A stretch of DNA of 64,000 nt from positions 246,016,001 through 246,080,000 of the forward strand of contig OZ024742.1 of assembly GCA_964016885.1 (NCBI GenBank), read 5' to 3'. Under the pieces are notes generated by a model. The model worked only from the letters and a program-made list of their open reading frames with translations. It ran no database searches and was not told the origin of the DNA. Source of the DNA: Eledone cirrhosa (Eukaryota). Numbering within the stretch: position 1 is the stretch's first letter; every line of letters starts with the position of its first letter. The translations under genes were made by a program, and so were the position numbers. Of the stretch, positions 49,410-62,449 are shown one piece after another.

Positions 49410-50684
49410 CTGGCAAAAGAAAGTGAAACATCATCTTTTTTTTTTTTTTTTGTTAGAAATGACTGACAGATCCCAGATGATTGACAGATCCCAAATAATT
49501 GACAGATCCCAGACCTCACTTGCTTTCCAATTGCTAATACTATCTACCAGTTGCAATTCCTGGCAGAAAGAGCACTGTGAAATAAATGTTGCTGAAAAAC
49601 ATAACGCACCATCTGGTCCAGGAATCAAACCCACAAACTCATGATTGCGAATCCAATTTTCTAACTATTAAGTCGCATGCCTTCTCTCTTATCATCATGA
49701 TTGTCATTGTTTTACATCTTTACCTCTGCTTGCATGGGTTGAACAGGTCTTTTCCAGCACAGTATCAGCTTCCTCAACACGCTATGGTCCTTTATCACCT
49801 ACTCTGAGCTTCTGTGATTTGAGATCAGCTCTCATAACCTTTTTCCAGTGCAGCCTTCTCTCTCACTCACATCTGATTCCTCTTATACCCAGCTTTTCTC
49901 TCTGTTCATCTAAAGCCTTGTTATTTACACATTTCAACACTGCACATCCCTCTTATATTAAGTGCAAGCCAAACCATTTTGAGGGCAGGGTGGATTTATT
50001 CAGAGAATGAGGGTGAATGCCCTGGGACCTCCCCCCTCATCAAACAGCTCACCCCCACCCTCTCTGAAGAGAGTCCTCCACTTCAAACAGAGTTCTTAAG
50101 AACAGGACCCTGATCATAAATATAATTTTATCTTTTAGAGAGTATGTTTTTAAAAATGTAGATGATGTCACTTTTGTGCCAATTTATCAAATTTTCTTTA
50201 CTTTAGTGACACCAGTTGGCAAAATTAGCGGGAGATGCTGTATATGATAGATATGTATGCATGTGTATGAAGAGTTATATACATGATGGTACTTGATATG
50301 TACATATATTTTGGTGTGTGTATTTGTGGTTATATGATTGTGTGTGTGTATGTACACAATGGCCATTCCTTTGCTACCTCCATTATTTAACCTCATGACC
50401 TGGTTGGTAGTAGGCTGATGTACTTGAATAAATTCAAATATTTTCCTCTCTATTCAGTCTCTTCTGTCTTTCTCTGTCTCTCTTTTTTCCTGCTTATGTG
50501 TGTATATATCATCATCATCATCGTTTAACGTCCATCTTCCCTGCTAGCATGGGTTAGACGATTTTGTTCCATTTGAATAGTCGGGAGACTATGTCTCGCT
50601 CACACGGAAACGTCTCTGGCAGGTTTTTTACAGCTGGATGCCCTTCCTAACACCAACCACATTTATATATATATATATAAGTAA

Positions 50685-50727
<43 letters not shown>

Positions 50728-50808
50728 TATATAAACAAATATATATATATATAAATAAATATATATATATATAAATAAATATATATATATAAATATATAT
50801 ATATATAA

Positions 50809-50841
<33 letters not shown>

Positions 50842-50867
50842 AATATATATAAATATATATATATATA

Positions 50868-51196
50868 TCATCATCATCATCATCATTTTACGTCCACTTT
50901 TCCCTGCTTGCAAAGGTGGGACGGGAACTGATTCTGGCTTGATTTCTACAGCTGGATGCCCTTCCTAACACCAACCTCATTTACAGTGAGTACTGGGTGC
51001 TTTTTTGCCGTGGCACCTCAACGACCACTTTGCAGTGGAATGATAGGGACCCCAGTCCCTATCATCTCATTTCTACAGCTGAGTAAACTGGAGCAATGTG
51101 AAATAAAGTGTCTTGCTCAAGGAAACAACACATCACCCGGTCTGATAATTGAACTCACAACCTTTCGATTGCAAGGCCCAATGCTCTAACCACTAA

Positions 51197-51200
<4 letters not shown>
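50868..51200 (-). mobile_element. tRNA-headed SINE with RTE tail (copy of 31713-32050)
   Basis: Near-identical sequence. Confidence 0.85.
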
Positions 51201-51273
<73 letters not shown>

Positions 51274-51279
<6 letters not shown>

Positions 51280-51484
51280 CACAGTCCACGCTGTAATGTG
51301 GCCGTGTAGGCAACACGGTAAAAACCTCCCAGACCCACACTGTAAATGTGGTTGGTGTTAGGAAGGGCATCCAACTGTAGAAAACCTGCCAGACAGTCCT
51401 ATGTGAGCAAGACAATCATTCTTGCCTCAAGTGGGACTACCCCCGTCCAAACCCATGCAAGCGTGGAACACGGACGTTAAACGT

Positions 51485-51513
<29 letters not shown>
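51274..51513 (+). mobile_element. RTE family-1 3'UTR fragment with (TGA)n tail
   Basis: Matches 37260-37490. Confidence 0.85.
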
Positions 51514-51515
<2 letters not shown>

Positions 51516-51659
51516 ATGTATATATGCAAATCTTGGGTTCACAAGTAGGTGTAGTGGGATAGCAAGCAAACAAACAGGAAGGGAAAACTTTATATATAGT
51601 AGATGTTCATGAAAAATTGATAGTAGAAGTGTTAGTGATAGGCACATTTTTCAAACATT

Positions 51660-53958
51660 TTTCATGCGCATCACGTGACCATACCAACGTAGCCTTCTCT
51701 CGAGTAAACAACATCTGATCCCTCTTATTTCTAATTTTTTCCTTAGTTCGTTTATGCTTTGCCGTTCACGTATATTACTATTACACATCCAGCGGAGCAT
51801 GCAAGCTTCGTTTCTCTCTAGACTGCGTATATCCTCTGCACACAATGCCCAGGTCTCACTGCCATGCAACATTGCTGTTCATATGCAGGTATCGTACAAC
51901 CTGCCTTTCATTTTTAGGGAGAACCCTTTAGCGGCTAATAGCGGTATAAGCTCTCTGAACTTTTTCCATCCAGTTCTGACTCTAGCTACTGTACTTTCAG
52001 AGCACCCTCCCCCACTGCTGATTTTGTCACCCAGGTAACGGAAGCTGTCCACTATTTCTATAGAACCCTCTGCGCAGTTGAAAGAGCTAGTATTTTTTGG
52101 GCACTTGCTGCTACTTATTGCCCCAGAACACCGGCCACATGTAAAATCTATGTTCTTAGTTAGCTTACCTGTGATCCCACTACATCTTTTATGCACCCAT
52201 ACTTTGCATTTGGGACACAAAATGGAGTTTCTACCTACGCCTTTCCTACACTCTGAGCATGGCCACTTCCCGGAGGGGACCGCCGCCTTATTTTCTTTCT
52301 TACAAACTAGAACTTTAGTCTTAGCCAGGTTAATTTTAAGGCCTTTTGATTCTAGGCCGTGCTTCCATGTTTGGAATTTCTTCTCTAGCTCGGCCATTGA
52401 TTCAGCTATGAGCGTTAGATCATCTGCGTATAGGAGTTCCCATGGGCAGCCGGTCTTGAACTCCACTGTTATAGCCTGGAGGGCAATAATAAATAGTAGG
52501 GGGCTAAGAACAGAGCCCTGATAAATACCAACTTTTACACTAAACTCTTCACTATATTCATTGTTAATTCTAACCTTGCTGACTGTTTCTTTATACATGG
52601 CTTGTATAGCTCTCACAAGCCATTCATCAACACCTAGTTTTCTAAGAGCCTACCAGATAATGGAACGGGGGACTCTGTCGAAGGCTTTCTCCAAGTCGAC
52701 GAAAGCTAAGTATAGGGGTTTACTTTTAGCTAGGTACTTCTCCTGTAGTTGTCGTACAATGAAAAGAGCGTCTGTGGTACTTTTGCCTGACACAAACCCG
52801 AACTGCATTTCATCTAGATCAAAATTCTCTCTCTGATTAGTTGCGCTATTACTTTTTCCGTGACCTTCATGACCTGGTCGATTAATTTAATGCCTCTATA
52901 GTTACTCCTATCTAGGGCATCTCCTTTACCCTTATAACAGTTAACGATGATGCTGCTACGCCAGTCCTTCGGAACAACCCCATTCTGTATGACTTGGTTG
53001 ACTATCCGGGTGACCATGGTGTGTCCCACCGTACCAGATGCCTTCAGCATCTCGGCAACTATTTCCGAAGGCCCAGCCGCCTTACCCGTCTTCATATCTT
53101 TGATTGCCTTACTTATTATACTACCTTCGACTAACACTGCTGGTCCCTCTATTGGGTCGATGTGGGGGAGACTGTCTTTCTCCCATTTATTCTCCTCATT
53201 TAGTAGCCTTTCATAGTGACACTTCCAAGCTACCTTCTTATCAGCATCGGTGATGGCAAGTACGCCGTCATCATTAAGTACACACTTCTCCCCGACAATA
53301 TCACTGTTTCCTTGACACATTGCCTAGCAATCCTGAACACCTCACGTTTTTAGTCCTCGCGTTGTAGAACATGCTTGAACTTTCTTTCCTCTGCTTCCCT
53401 TCTTGCGAAGTACACTTGTCTCCTAGCTTCCCTCCTGGCCACTTGATAGTCTTCTCTGCTTCCCCCATCCCGCCATACTTTCCAAGCCTGCTTTTTGGCC
53501 TTAATTGACCCCTCCACCTTACTGTTCCACCACCATGTTACTCTCCTCCTGCCTCCAGGCCTGCTCCAGCCACAGACTTCGTCTGCCGCCATCAGCAGGT
53601 TTGCTTTCAGGAATTCCCACTGCTTCTCTATATTGTACGACTCTAATTGCTCTTCCTTACTGTCGAAAGCATCAAGTAGTATACTTTTGAATTTATTTCT
53701 GGCTGTGGGGTCCTTTAGCTTCCATATTTTTTTCCTGGGGATAGTCCTCTTCTGTTGTCTAGTACGTCTTGTCCTGACTATTAGGTCGCTAATTATCAGT
53801 CTATGTTGGGAGGTGTATTCTTCATGGGGGAGGGATTTAGTGTTTACAACAGTCACTCTGTCACGTCTTCTGGTAAGGATATAATCTACCTGGCTGGTAT
53901 GTTCCCCTGATCTGTAGGTGATCAAGTGATTGTCTCGTTTTTTGAAGTTAGTGTTACA
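51660..53958 (-). mobile_element. Internal 2.3-kb RTE family-1 fragment, lacking both ends
   Basis: Reverse complement of about 34610-36910; ORF pieces 53350-53925, 52814-53320, 51879-52616 and 51651-51872. Confidence 0.92.
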
Positions 53959-53959
53959 G

Positions 53960-54320
53960 ATAGTTGCTGAAGAAAAATGAAGTAAGCATGCTCCGATGGA
54001 TATGCAATGTCAATGTGCATGTACAATTAAGCATGGACGAGCATGAAACTGTATAAGAGGAATAAACTGTAGTGTGCAGGAGAGAAGATTGCATTGGTAT
54101 GGCTATGTGATGCGTATGGAAGATGACTGCTGGGTGAAGAAGTGCCAAGAAATCCTGGTAGAAGGAAGACCACGAAATGGGCGGAAGGGTTGAAAGCTGA
54201 CCTCAGATCGCTAAAGCTCACTGGGGAGATGATGAAGAACCGTGACGAATGGCGAGATGCTGTGCTGAAGAAGATCCAAGCCACCCTTGCAAACAAGGAA
54301 AAGCGGACTAAAATGATGAG
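53960..54320 (+). mobile_element. RTE family-2 3' fragment (its 5' part is at about 51520-51655)
   Basis: Similar to 42430-42815; 51520-51655 is similar to 42040-42175. Confidence 0.75.
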
Positions 54321-54489
54321 TCCCTCAAGGTCTAAATCTAGTCCTGTTCGAAAGAGGAGTGTAGCAGTCTGAATCAACAGCAGAATGTCACTGGTACTTA
54401 TCAACATTTATTTACACCTGTTTATGGTCAGAGTTCAAATTGTGCTGAAATTCATTTTAATTTTCATCATTTCAAGATTCTCTGCAGAG

Positions 54490-55110
54490 TCGTTCTATCC
54501 GAGTATTTACGTTTGGATAAATGGTGCTAAATCAAAACCATTCAATGTGGGAGTTTGACTCCACCAAGGGTTTGTAATGTCACCTCTCCTGTCCATTATT
54601 TATGAACAGAATTGACATGCACAGTCAGGTTGGAAGTGGCATCATGACTCGCGGGTGTAAAATCAGTCAGCTCGAATTTGCAGATGACATGGTGTTACTT
54701 AACTTGACAGAAGGTGATCTCTGACTTTCACTCGATAGGTTTGATGCCGAATGTTGCATAGCTGGAATGAAAGTCAGTGCTGCAAAAACTGAGACATTCA
54801 TTCTCTCAAGGAAGCCTGAGCAGTGCACTCTACATGTGAATGGAGTTCCACTGAAGCAGGAAGAGAAGTTCAAGTATATCAGGGCCGTGTTCATGAGTGA
54901 TGGAAGGCAGGAAGCTGAATTAAGTACAAGACTTGCAGGAGCTGGTGCAGTAATGCGCCAGCTTCAGTATTTAATAATCAGAAGAAGAGAGGTAGGTGTA
55001 AAAGCCAAACTCGCTATCTTCAATTCAGTATTCGTGCCAACCCTTACCTATGGTCATGAATCTTGGGTAATGGCCGAAAAAATACAATCGCGAATACAAT
55101 TGACCTAAAT
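54490..55110 (+). mobile_element. RTE (Expander/Rex3-like) RT remnant
   Basis: LHQG, FADDMVLL and MKVSAAKTE...FKY...FVPTLTYGHESW. Confidence 0.75.
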
Positions 55111-55419
55111 GGGGTTGGTGTTGTTGGTGTTAATAGTGGTATTGGTGTAAGTGTTTGTATTGGTCTTGCTGGTAGAGTTGGTGTTGTTGGTGGTGATGAT
55201 GATGATGGTGGCGAATGTTTACTTTGAAAAAAGCAAAATTTGGAAGATGTAGTTTAACTTATTTCACCTGAATGGCATGGAAACTAAAGTAGATCTCTTT
55301 GTCTGTGGTAATTGCCTCAACATAAAACATGGTGTGTAAATGTTGATTAAATAGATAGTCTGTAGATGCTGACTGGATACATAAACACAGTGTGCAGATG
55401 TTAACTGGATAAATAGAAG

Positions 55420-55773
55420 ATTAGATGGAGCCTACACTTACATGCTAAGAGTGACTTTGAATGTCACTTCGAGAGATTGTCTGACCAATGAGTGACTGTA
55501 TGAGAATCTTTGTCCAGTATCAGACATCATCAAAGAACATAGAGTCAGATTTGCAAGGCATTGCTGGAGATCTAAAGATGAAATTGTTAGTGAAGTTCTT
55601 TTGTGGGAGTCTAGCAGAAGACAATAAGCCAAGACCAATATCAAGCAAAGTTGTGATGACATAAACTGCAATTCCTCTGACTTGCCGAATATGATGAACA
55701 ATAGAAAGGATGATGACAGAGAGTCAAAGGAATCTGTGCAAGCAGTGGGATCCATTGATTGATTGATTGATTG
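55420..55773 (+). mobile_element. LINE (RTE-group) 3' end remnant with (GATT)n tail
   Basis: LDGAYTYMLRVTLNV...RVRFARHCWRSKDEIVSEVLLWE thumb/C-terminal peptide. Confidence 0.65.
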
Positions 55774-55793
55774 AAAACAGTGGAGCTGCTTAC

Positions 55794-55979
55794 CCTACCC
55801 ATCCGCAAGAATGAAGACTCAAAACCACGTCCAAAATGCCAGTCTGATATCATTCCAAATATTCTGCTCAGAGTGCTGTCTTCAAACTCAGTAATGGTTA
55901 TGATATTTGTGTGCCGTGTGAATCGAGATGTGATCGTCTGCCTGCCACCACTAGGGGGCGCCATTGCTGATACAAACAA
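55794..55979 (-). CDS. DNAH3: DNAH3-like exon (AAA3)
   Basis: LFVSAMAPPSGGRQTITSRFTRH...DWHFGRGFESSFLRMGR; TAG acceptor, GTAAGC donor; 186 nt, phase 0-0. Confidence 0.92.
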
Positions 55980-56029
55980 CTACAATGAAGGAAAGCAATG
56001 ATTAGATTATCAACATCATCATTATCATG

Positions 56030-56565
56030 AACATTTGCATAGATTGACTCTGTATAGATGTTGAGTGGAGAGGTAGATAGATATGGCGCGTAAATATTGA
56101 CTGGATAGATAGACCCAGTGTGCAGATGTTAACTGACTGGATAGATAGACATTATGTGGAGATGTTCACTGGATAGACACAGTGTATAGATGTTTACTGG
56201 ATATATAGACAGGCATGTTGTGTACATGTTGACTAAATAAACAGTCTGCACATCAGTTATGGGAAAACTGCATCCAGCAAGCCATATGTGGCTCATTTGT
56301 TTTTCTGAATGGCACACCTAATTTCGAAATTGCTTTGAATTTTTTAGTAACACTTATGATGAGCCACATCTATGTGGCCCATTGCTCAAAAAAGGTTGCC
56401 CATGCCTGGAGTAGATGTTGATTAGGTAGACAGACAACAGAGTATAGATGTTTACAGGATATATATAGACAGATATGATGTGCAGATGTTGATTTGAGAG
56501 ATACAGTGTCTAGATGTTGACTGGGTTGACACACAGAGTATGTAGACTGAACCAATAGACACAGT
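56030..56565. repeat. Degenerate ~36-bp minisatellite (TAGATGTTGACTGGATAGATAGACACAGTG) interrupted by a hAT-like MITE at about 56252-56408
   Basis: Repeat units on both sides; the insert ends AGGTTGCCCATGCCTG, a Charlie/hAT-type terminus. Confidence 0.6.
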
Positions 56566-57118
56566 CAAATTATCAGCAAGCTGACATCATCATCATCGTT
56601 TAACTTCCACCTTCCACGCTAGCATGGGTTAAACAGGTTGTCCTATTTCAGGCAAGTTGGGTCAGGTGACCATATCTTGCTCATACAGAACTGTTTTCTA
56701 GCTTCGTGTCTATGGCTGGATGCCCTTCCTAATGCCAACAACATTTACAGTGTGTGCTAAATGTTTTTTGTCGTGACTCATACACGACCACTTTACAGTC
56801 TGGGCTGGGTGCTTTTTGTCCTGACACCTACAAGACCACTTTACAGTGTGGGCTGACTGCTTTGAACAGAAATGGGTGAGTGGGTGTAGGGCATTGGAGG
56901 TGTATGGAAGAGGGTATTGTACTCCTATGTGAATATGTACATAAGCAGAAATATATGATGGAGAAAACAAGACTCTTATCAATACATTTTATTCCTTTCA
57001 CAGTGTTTCATCATAAATGGTAGTATTTGTATTTTTATGGAAGGAATTAAATGAGATTTAGACACTTCAGAGGAACGTAGTTTGTCTGTTCCTTCAATCT
57101 TTCTAATTTCTCATTCTT

Positions 57119-57154
57119 TCTTCTGATGAAGGACTAGCGTCCAAAACGTTAAGA
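57119..57154 (+). ncRNA. Degenerate minimal hammerhead motif (Penelope type)
   Basis: UCUU-CUGAUGA-A-GGAC UAGC GUCC-AAAAC-GUU-AAGA; stems I and II pair, GAAA is mutated to AAAA. Confidence 0.5.
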
Positions 57155-57336
57155 CCCTCTTCTTGCTATTTCAAGCATTAACCTAATATATTCCTTCCAT
57201 ATACTGTACCGATTGTGTTGTTATTTCTGTTTACCTTTTACATACATATATATATACATATACACATATTGTACACCTATGCTAATATGTGACAAATGTT
57301 CAATCTTAACAGGCAAACAGCAGAAAAACTACTCAC

Positions 57337-57520
57337 CACATCTTGGAGGAATAGTTTTGATGTGTCACGTTTATCATACCAGTGGCCATGGTCAACCCAT
57401 TGTCGTAGCAGTTCAACAGGTGGTTGTGCACCATACACCTCCTTTGCTGGCATGTTCAGGTCATCTACAAATACGATAAGTTTCTTCCCAACTGGTGGGC
57501 CATACACACTTTTCCTCCGC
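57337..57520 (-). CDS. DNAH3: Axonemal dynein heavy chain (DNAH3-like) exon, AAA3 Walker B region
   Basis: Encodes [61 protein letters not shown]; AG acceptor at 57522-21 and GTGAGT donor at 57336; 184 nt. First exon seen in the window; upstream exons are not visible. Confidence 0.9.
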
Positions 57521-58599
57521 CTAGAAATCACAATAGACACCATATCAAATCCAACACATATTCAATATATATATATATATATATATAAGTATACATGTAT
57601 ATGTATATATATATGTATATATACGTATATATAAATATGTATACATGTATATGTATATATAAATATGTATATATATATATATATATACATGTATGTGTAT
57701 ATATATATATATATATATATGTGTGTATATATATATATATATATACACACACACATACATGCATCTGTGTATATATATATATATATATATACATGTATCT
57801 GTATATATATATATATATATAGACATATATATATATATGTGTGTGTGATATAGAAAATGATAAATGTGAGAAATATTTTCTATGGGTTTATTTAGGATAA
57901 TATATAATATCACTACCGAATGCTGATACTGATATTTAGAAAAGGAAAAGTGTCAAGACAAGTCAATGGATACTATGTGTATTTAACATTTCAAGACAAA
58001 TACTGATTGGATATCAAAGATAAGAAATATATTAGCCATGAAATATGATTGATATATTATGGATATAAATGAGACAACATAGATTTTGTCCAACAATATG
58101 CAATGTTAGAGACAAAAAACATTAATGATAAAAGATGTCAAATAACAGAAAGTACTTGACATAAGTTTTTCAAATACTTGGTAGCAAAATAGATTTGGAG
58201 AGTAGAAGTGATTTGATAGCAAACAATTGAATGAAATCTCAAAATGCTGCAGTTAGAAAAAAAAAAAGACATCAACATTCACCATGCTTCAAATCATGAC
58301 GGCAACAACCACAACAACAACAACAACAACAACGACAATAACAACACCAAACACCAAACAGAAAAAAAAGAAGAAATTATGTTATGTTTGAGTTTATGTG
58401 GTGATTTGGTGACATAGCAGAAGGCTTGTGATTGATTAGAAAACAATAGAAAGCTGGTGTCACATGATGCTGGCATTCAGACAAATTGTGGTTGATGCTC
58501 ACACATTGTGGTAGGTGGCACAAGTCATTAGATCAAGTTGTTAACACATGCAAAAAGATAATCTATATTAGTTGAGGTGTGGACAAAAAAACATGACTA

Positions 58600-59253
58600 T
58601 CACCTCTTTCTGTTCAAACCAGCTGTAACTGGCTACTCATACTTATGTTAAGGTATTGTTTTAAAAAAAATAATATCAAAATCTCATAGATTCGATATTA
58701 TGTGAGATAAAGCCTTTACCACGAAAATATATTAGTAAAATAAGTTGGATTACTTTGAATAAATAATGAATGAATATTACATAACTTATGTACTAAATTT
58801 CGTAGCTGTTGATTAAACATAAATATTCTTATATATAATGATTGCTTATTTTAAAATTCACTTCTTTTAAAATTTTCAAATGTCAATACTTCCGGTTATG
58901 ATATAACGGACGCTATATCACATAGCTTAAATAAATGTTCATATATTGGCATCATTATATCATAATGTTTATATATCTGTTGCTAATTTTCTCCTTTTTC
59001 ATTTTCATTACATTTCATCGTAATGCAGTTTATATATAATATCATCTTTTTAAAATGTATTATGGATTACTTTACTGATTACAGAAGACAGTGTAATACA
59101 GTCTCTTTTCAATTTCTGTGCATATTGTCAATTACGATTTTATTTGATGTATCATATCTACATGCATATATATTTGCATATAATATCAATATGTACGCTA
59201 CATGCTAGCAGAAAACCACACAAAGGATGGTTTTTCTGCTAGTATAGGGTTAA
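58600..59253. mobile_element. piggyBac-like non-autonomous element
   Basis: Similar to 27380-27945 and 39430-39560; ends ...TATAGGG|TTAA. Confidence 0.6.
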
Positions 59254-60444
59254 ACAAGAAAACTTCCTTCTCACAGTTCTCTCTAACATGTGTATCCTTT
59301 TTAGACAAAAGTCCCTATATTTCTTTCCTTTGCAATACTACTTATTGTACATATACCCTTGTCTTTTCACAAGTCACGTAGATATTTCTGTATTTGTACT
59401 TGCCCTATCTGTAATGTTGTTTCAGTAGAAATACTCTGTATTCACTCATATTGTATATTCTCTAATCTGTTGCTTTGTTGTTGTGTTGTCTCGTGCACCT
59501 TTCCAAAACCTCAATTTTATTTAAGGCACTGTATGACCAGGATAAAATAATATAATTTCATCCTATTGTGCACAATTATATTTTCCAGGAGTTGGCTGAT
59601 GAAGAAATTAGATGCTTGTCCTCCATGCTAGTTTCTCATGTACACATTTACTTTATATATATATATATATATGGTAGGGCTGATAACATTGTTAGAACTG
59701 CATCTAGTCCAGAAGTAATAATTCAAATGAGATCAAGTGATGAGAGTTCTTGTTTTTGTAGTAGGCTTTCATCATATTGGATTCCGTTGAGCATTCTAAT
59801 GAGCTGCAGAGTCATATATATATATATATACACACACACATACACATATGCATGGGAGCTTAGAGGTAGAAAACACCCCTAAATAAATTGAAAAATGAAA
59901 ACCATACACTTATATATGCATAAAATGTGTGGCTTGTTACTCTGAAGTTTACATCAAATCAGAGCTAATAGATATATTAGAAAAAAATAAGAACTTCTAG
60001 GTTTGTCTCCATTTTTGGAGTATATTTTACACTTCAGCGAATTATCTATCTATGCAGTCTACTCACTCAACACATAAGCACACATACACACACACACGCA
60101 CTCTCTCTCTCTTGCATGCATTAGATCTAACTACCTAGCTTTCTTTTTATGTCTCTTTACCTGTCTCTAGCTACACAAGAGTGCTATTTACATACAGACC
60201 CATGCAAAGCTGGTTAATAATCCCAGCCCAAATATAAAATGTAGCTCAACCCCATCCCACCCCAAAAAACTTTTAGTAGATCCAGGCCAGATGTAAAATG
60301 AATGTCCAAAGCTGGTAAAAGGCTTAGGCCAGACGTAAAGTAGAGCCACATTTCAAACTGTCATGCATTTGAGTAATCATTTCTAAATACATATGATTTA
60401 TGTATGGGTTACAAGTATATATATATTTATAAGTGGTATACATG

Positions 60445-60565
60445 GTGAAGGAGCATGGCTTAGTAGTTAGAGAATTGGATTCGCAATCGTGAGGTCGTGA
60501 GTTCGATTCCTGGACTGGGCAATATGTTATGTCCTTGAGTAAGATACTTTATTTCATGTTGCTCT
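60445..60565 (+). mobile_element. tRNA-derived SINE head
   Basis: A-box TGGCTTAGTAGTTAG, B-box GAGTTCGATTCC, then CCTTGAGTAAGATACTTTATTTC; same family as the minus-strand heads near 32040 and 49650. Confidence 0.7.
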
Positions 60566-60888
60566 TTCTGCCAGATAGCATCACCAATGGAAGGACAAAT
60601 GAAAACATTGTTTTCTTGGTCTGATTTGAGTTCCACCCCACTCGGTAAGTGAATGAGGTCTGGAATTTTGTCAATTTATTGATATATGGTGTATTTACCA
60701 GATTAATGAACAAAATCATAGGCCTATGCTGGTCCACTTAATCCTCAGCCCTTTGTTCTGATCTGCTCACATACATAAAACAGCACAGACTACATAAAAT
60801 CGCCATTCGGTCACAAATGACCATGAGTTTTGCACCTAGAAAGTTCCCCTGTGAGGCACAAGCCTGGGCAAGAAGTTTTAAAATGTTA

Positions 60889-61800
60889 TCTATATATCTA
60901 AAACAGAGAATGTCTGTCTGGCTGTCAACACCCTAAAACTCAAGAACCACCCAACCGATTGTTTTCAAATTTTACACATGTAATACTTATGGTCCTATTG
61001 AGTGTTTTGATAAAAAAATATTTCAAATTTTCAATGCCCTAGGGGCCACATTAGCCGATTTAGCGATCTCTCTCTATAATTCTTAGTCTTTCTTTTTAGA
61101 TAGAATCATAGATATAACGTTGTACCCTTATAATATCTGTCTGTATGTCTGGCTGTCTGCATTACAACATTATGACGCTATCTCTGTGTGTGTATGTGTG
61201 TATATATGTATATATAGTGTGCAACGTTTTTGAAATATTTACTTCTGCTTTCACGGATTGATTTTTTTTAGTTTCAGAAGATCCTGTTAAGGGTGAAAGC
61301 GGCGATTCTTTGCTTAAACTTTAATCTGTTATTTTAATATATATATATATACGTGTGTGTAATGGTAGCTATGGTGCTTCCATAAGCGGTATGCCAAAAT
61401 TAGCACTCAATATTCATACAGAGCAGAGTGTGAATAGTATAAAAAAACGAAAAATACTGAGAAAATTTGCTCCGAATGAATTGCACGTGTCCGAAGGAAC
61501 CTGCAGTCGTAGAGTCAGCCAGATCCATATAGTGATCATGTCTTGAGCTACCTGCCGGCGAAACAATTGTAACACGCAATAAACTGAGTCCAGATGCATC
61601 ACTGATTTTTCGTTTTTTTATACTATATATATATATATATATATATATAATTATATATTCGTGTACAGATATTTTTGCATACACAATAACAAAATATAAA
61701 CAAACGTATTTATTTCACGAGGCTCGATAAGGATAAATAAATATCAAATATATAAGAATCTTAGAGGAAATCCCGAGCAACGCCCTGGCCATTCTGCTAG
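60889..61800 (+). mobile_element. Non-autonomous Helitron
   Basis: A|TCTATATATCTAAAA 5' end; subterminal GC-rich CCCGAGCAACGCCCTGG and CTAG|T 3' end; no TSD; the rejoined flanks match the MITE-like sequence at about 62040-62090. Confidence 0.8.
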
Positions 61801-62417
61801 TATTTATCTAAAAATCTTCCATCATAATTTTATGAAAGAATCTTTGTTAAATCATGCTCCAAACATCAGCTTAGTAATGAGAAAGTCAATTATATTGGTA
61901 AATCACTCCAAATTCTGGAATATTGCACGATAATTTGAAAATCCTAGGCAATATCTTTCATTAGAAATGTGGTAATGACAGTTAACCCTTTTGATACCAA
62001 GCCATCTGAAAACACTCCTGGTTTCTGATACAAAACTATTTATGTTGAAGTATTTGTATTTACCTAAAAACCTTCCATCATAATTGTATTTAAATGCCTT
62101 GAAGCTTTGCTCCAAACACCAACTAAATTAATAATTCGACTGTTAGTTACATTATTAAATTCCTCAAATTTTTTTTATTATTTTCAAAATTATTTGAAAA
62201 TCATAGGCAGTGTCTTTCACTAGAAATATGATAATGAAAGGATTTACACTGCTCCTTATTCCTTAGTCTAACTAAATAAGACAAAAATAAAACGAAAATC
62301 CCAAAGAAAATATAGTTTTAAAAAGTAGTGAGTTTTATTTAAGGTGTCTTCATATAGAGCAGTTAATCCCAAAGTACCAACACTACCATCACCACCTCCA
62401 CTACTACCACCACCACC

Positions 62418-62449
<32 letters not shown>

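Noticed and set aside
59590-59645. CTGATGA followed by a hairpin (AGAAATTAG/CTAGTTTCT)
   Set aside because: No downstream GAAA or NUH; at most a half-motif.
60445-60525. Possible tRNA gene
   Set aside because: A and B boxes are present, but there is no full cloverleaf and the sequence continues into a multi-copy SINE body.
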